A stretch of DNA of 62,597 bases from Elsinoe ampelina (taxonomy: Eukaryota), in the NCBI GenBank assembly GCA_010093995.1, contig ML992501.1, positions 954,945 through 1,017,541 on the forward strand. Reading direction: 5' to 3'. Made by a program: the position numbers and the translations under genes. This document shows, piece by piece, positions 60,500 to 62,597 of this stretch. The notes beneath the pieces were generated by a model. It worked only from the letters and a program-made list of their open reading frames with translations, ran no database searches and was not told the DNA's origin. The stretch's first letter is position 1, and each line of letters starts with the position of its first letter.

Positions 60500-62597
60500 T
60501 CTAATATAGAGACCTAAGATAGATTAGTTAAACTAAGCTAGGCTTAGTTAGAGTTAGTTTACTACTTATTAAGCGGAAGGCACGTTTAGGGGTGGAGTAT
60601 TATATAGAACTAATCCGCACACTAGTTAGGTGATAGACGAGTTAATTGATTAAGAAGTCTATCTACCGAAAGAAAGAACAGCTATAAATCCCTAGGACTT
60701 AGCATTATATAACCTATAGTTATATAACCTTCGGGCCTTAGTCTAATTATCTAGAGAGAGCTGTATTCTTAACACTCCTACTTAGCTCCTATAGATAAGC
60801 TATTAGGTTGATAATAAGCTAAGTTACTTTATAAACCTCGTAAAGTTCTGACCTTGTAATAGCTTAGTTAACCTATTAGCTACTATGTCTACTATCCTTA
60901 CAAACTTAACCTGTATCCTCTAGTCCCTCTATAGCCTCCTAACGTAGTAGTAAGCAACATTAATGTGTTTTGCCTTTTTATAAGTATATAGCTCCTTTAT
61001 AAGTAAAAGAGCTACCTAGTTATTACTATTAATCTTAGTAGTGAAGGGTAATCTTATTATTGCTTTCTAAGACTCCTTTATAGTTAGCTTCTAAGGTGAT
61101 TAACTAACTATCTTATAACAGCCTATGTCTCTTAGTAACTAAGATAGGAACTGTAATCTCTTTATATAAGAGTATATTACTATATATTTAGCCTCTATAG
61201 TAGAGGTTAAAACAGACTTCTACTTCCTACTTATCTAGCTAATAGGACTACCTACAAGCATAAAGACGTATCTAAGAATAGAGACTCTATCTGTCTTGTC
61301 TAAGGTATAGTCTAAATTAGAATATCCCTTAAGAGTCTTATTACTATTCCTCCTAAACACTATACTAAGATCTTTAGTTAATCTAATATATCTTAATATC
61401 CTCTTTATCTTAATAGTATAGCTATCTATTAGATCTGCTATAAACTAACTAAGCCTTCCTAAGGCAAAGGTAGTGTCTAGTCTTGTTAGGGTACTAAGGT
61501 ACATCTAGCTTCTAATAGCATATAAGTACTTAGTTCTACTAAACCTTATATCTTTAGTCTAAGCTCTCTAAGGGAGCTTATTGTCTATTAGCTACTTTGT
61601 TAGAGTAGCCTTATTAGAGGTTATGTTAAGCCTCTATAGCATATTATCTATATAGTAGGTCTAGTTAAGCCTTAAGGTTCCTTGTTGTCTATTCCTTATA
61701 ACCTTAACCCTAAGAACTTTGCTAACCTTACTAAGATCCTTAATCTTAAAGATTCTACTAAGCTCTTGCTTAAACTACTAGATGTTCTTTTTGCTTTATG
61801 CTATAAATAGTATATTATTAACATAAACTAAGAGAATAATCTTCTTGTTATAGTATATAAGAAGATAGGGGTCTACTTTGCTCTAAGTAAAGCCTAGCTT
61901 TAAAAGCTTAGAGATATAGTGCTAATTCTAATCTCTAGTAGCTTACTTAAGTCTATATAAGCTCCTAAGAATGTAAAAGGCAATACTAGGTTAGACCTTA
62001 AGTCTAGGTAGTAGCCTTATATAAATTACTTCCCTAAGGAATAATTCTATAAAGGTATTATTAATATCTACCTAATAATATTTAAGGTTAAGTATATATA
62101 CGATAGCAAAGAATAGTCTTAGTATATCTACTCTAACTATTAGTGCAAATGTGTCTTTATAGTTAATGCCGTACTTCTATAAGAAGCCTCTAGTAATAAG
62201 TCTAGCCTTAAACTTCTTAATAGAGCTATCCGTGTTGTATTTAACATTAAAGACCTACTTAGATGTTACTAAGTTTAATCCTTTTAGAGAGACAACCTCT
62301 TTCTATGTGTTATTTAATTCTAGAGTATTAAGCTCTATATTAATTACTTTCTACTACTTACTTCCCTAAACTAGATTAGTAACAGCCTTATAGTAGTCTC
62401 TTGGAATTAGGACATATTACTTAATAGAGGCTATTATAGCAATCTTATTAACCTTATCTTACTAATTAATACACTTAGCAATAAATGCTCTATAATGCTT
62501 TGCCTTAGGCTCTTTATTATTAGATTCTTTATCTCTTAATCTCTTAAGTAATTAACCTGCATAATTAGGTAATATAGATTAAACTATTAGCTCTTCT
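60500..62597 (-). mobile_element. RIP-inactivated Ty1/copia element (RT-RNase H end), truncated by the window edge
   Basis: Minus-strand relics KARL, SLYRLK*A (SLYGLKQA), LVYVNNI (YVDD), GYSNLDY (YSDSD) and IVANRLTK (ADGLTK). Confidence 0.85.

Noticed and set aside
62166..62369. 67-aa plus-strand ORF in the AT-rich block
   Set aside because: Antisense to the RIP-mutated copia RT; a chance stop-free stretch.

Overview
Gene-dense filamentous ascomycete (Pezizomycotina, probably Dothideomycete; inference) DNA with ~50-nt GT-AG introns from 1 to ~51.0 kb, then an AT-rich, RIP-mutated transposon block (51.0-62.6 kb, with an N gap). Recognisable genes: mitochondrial-type SDR, PDR/ABCG transporter, ZNF830-like, PRMT3/Rmt3, CCDC130/Yju2-family, two paralogous Ser/Thr kinases each divergently paired with a small basic protein, a secreted HExxH protein, a Dal5-type MFS, Rad4/XPC, a 5'-nucleotidase-like enzyme and a thiolase. 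The standout is a convergent pair of tRNA-Ser genes (GCU at 10269-10411 +, AGA at 10861-11055 -). Besides the normal 37/38 tRNA intron they carry three mRNA-type (GT..branch point..AG, 47-50 nt) introns, and precise removal of all introns restores two well-formed 81-nt cloverleaves. I know of no previous description of spliceosomal introns in tRNA genes. All calls were made by eye; no searches were run.
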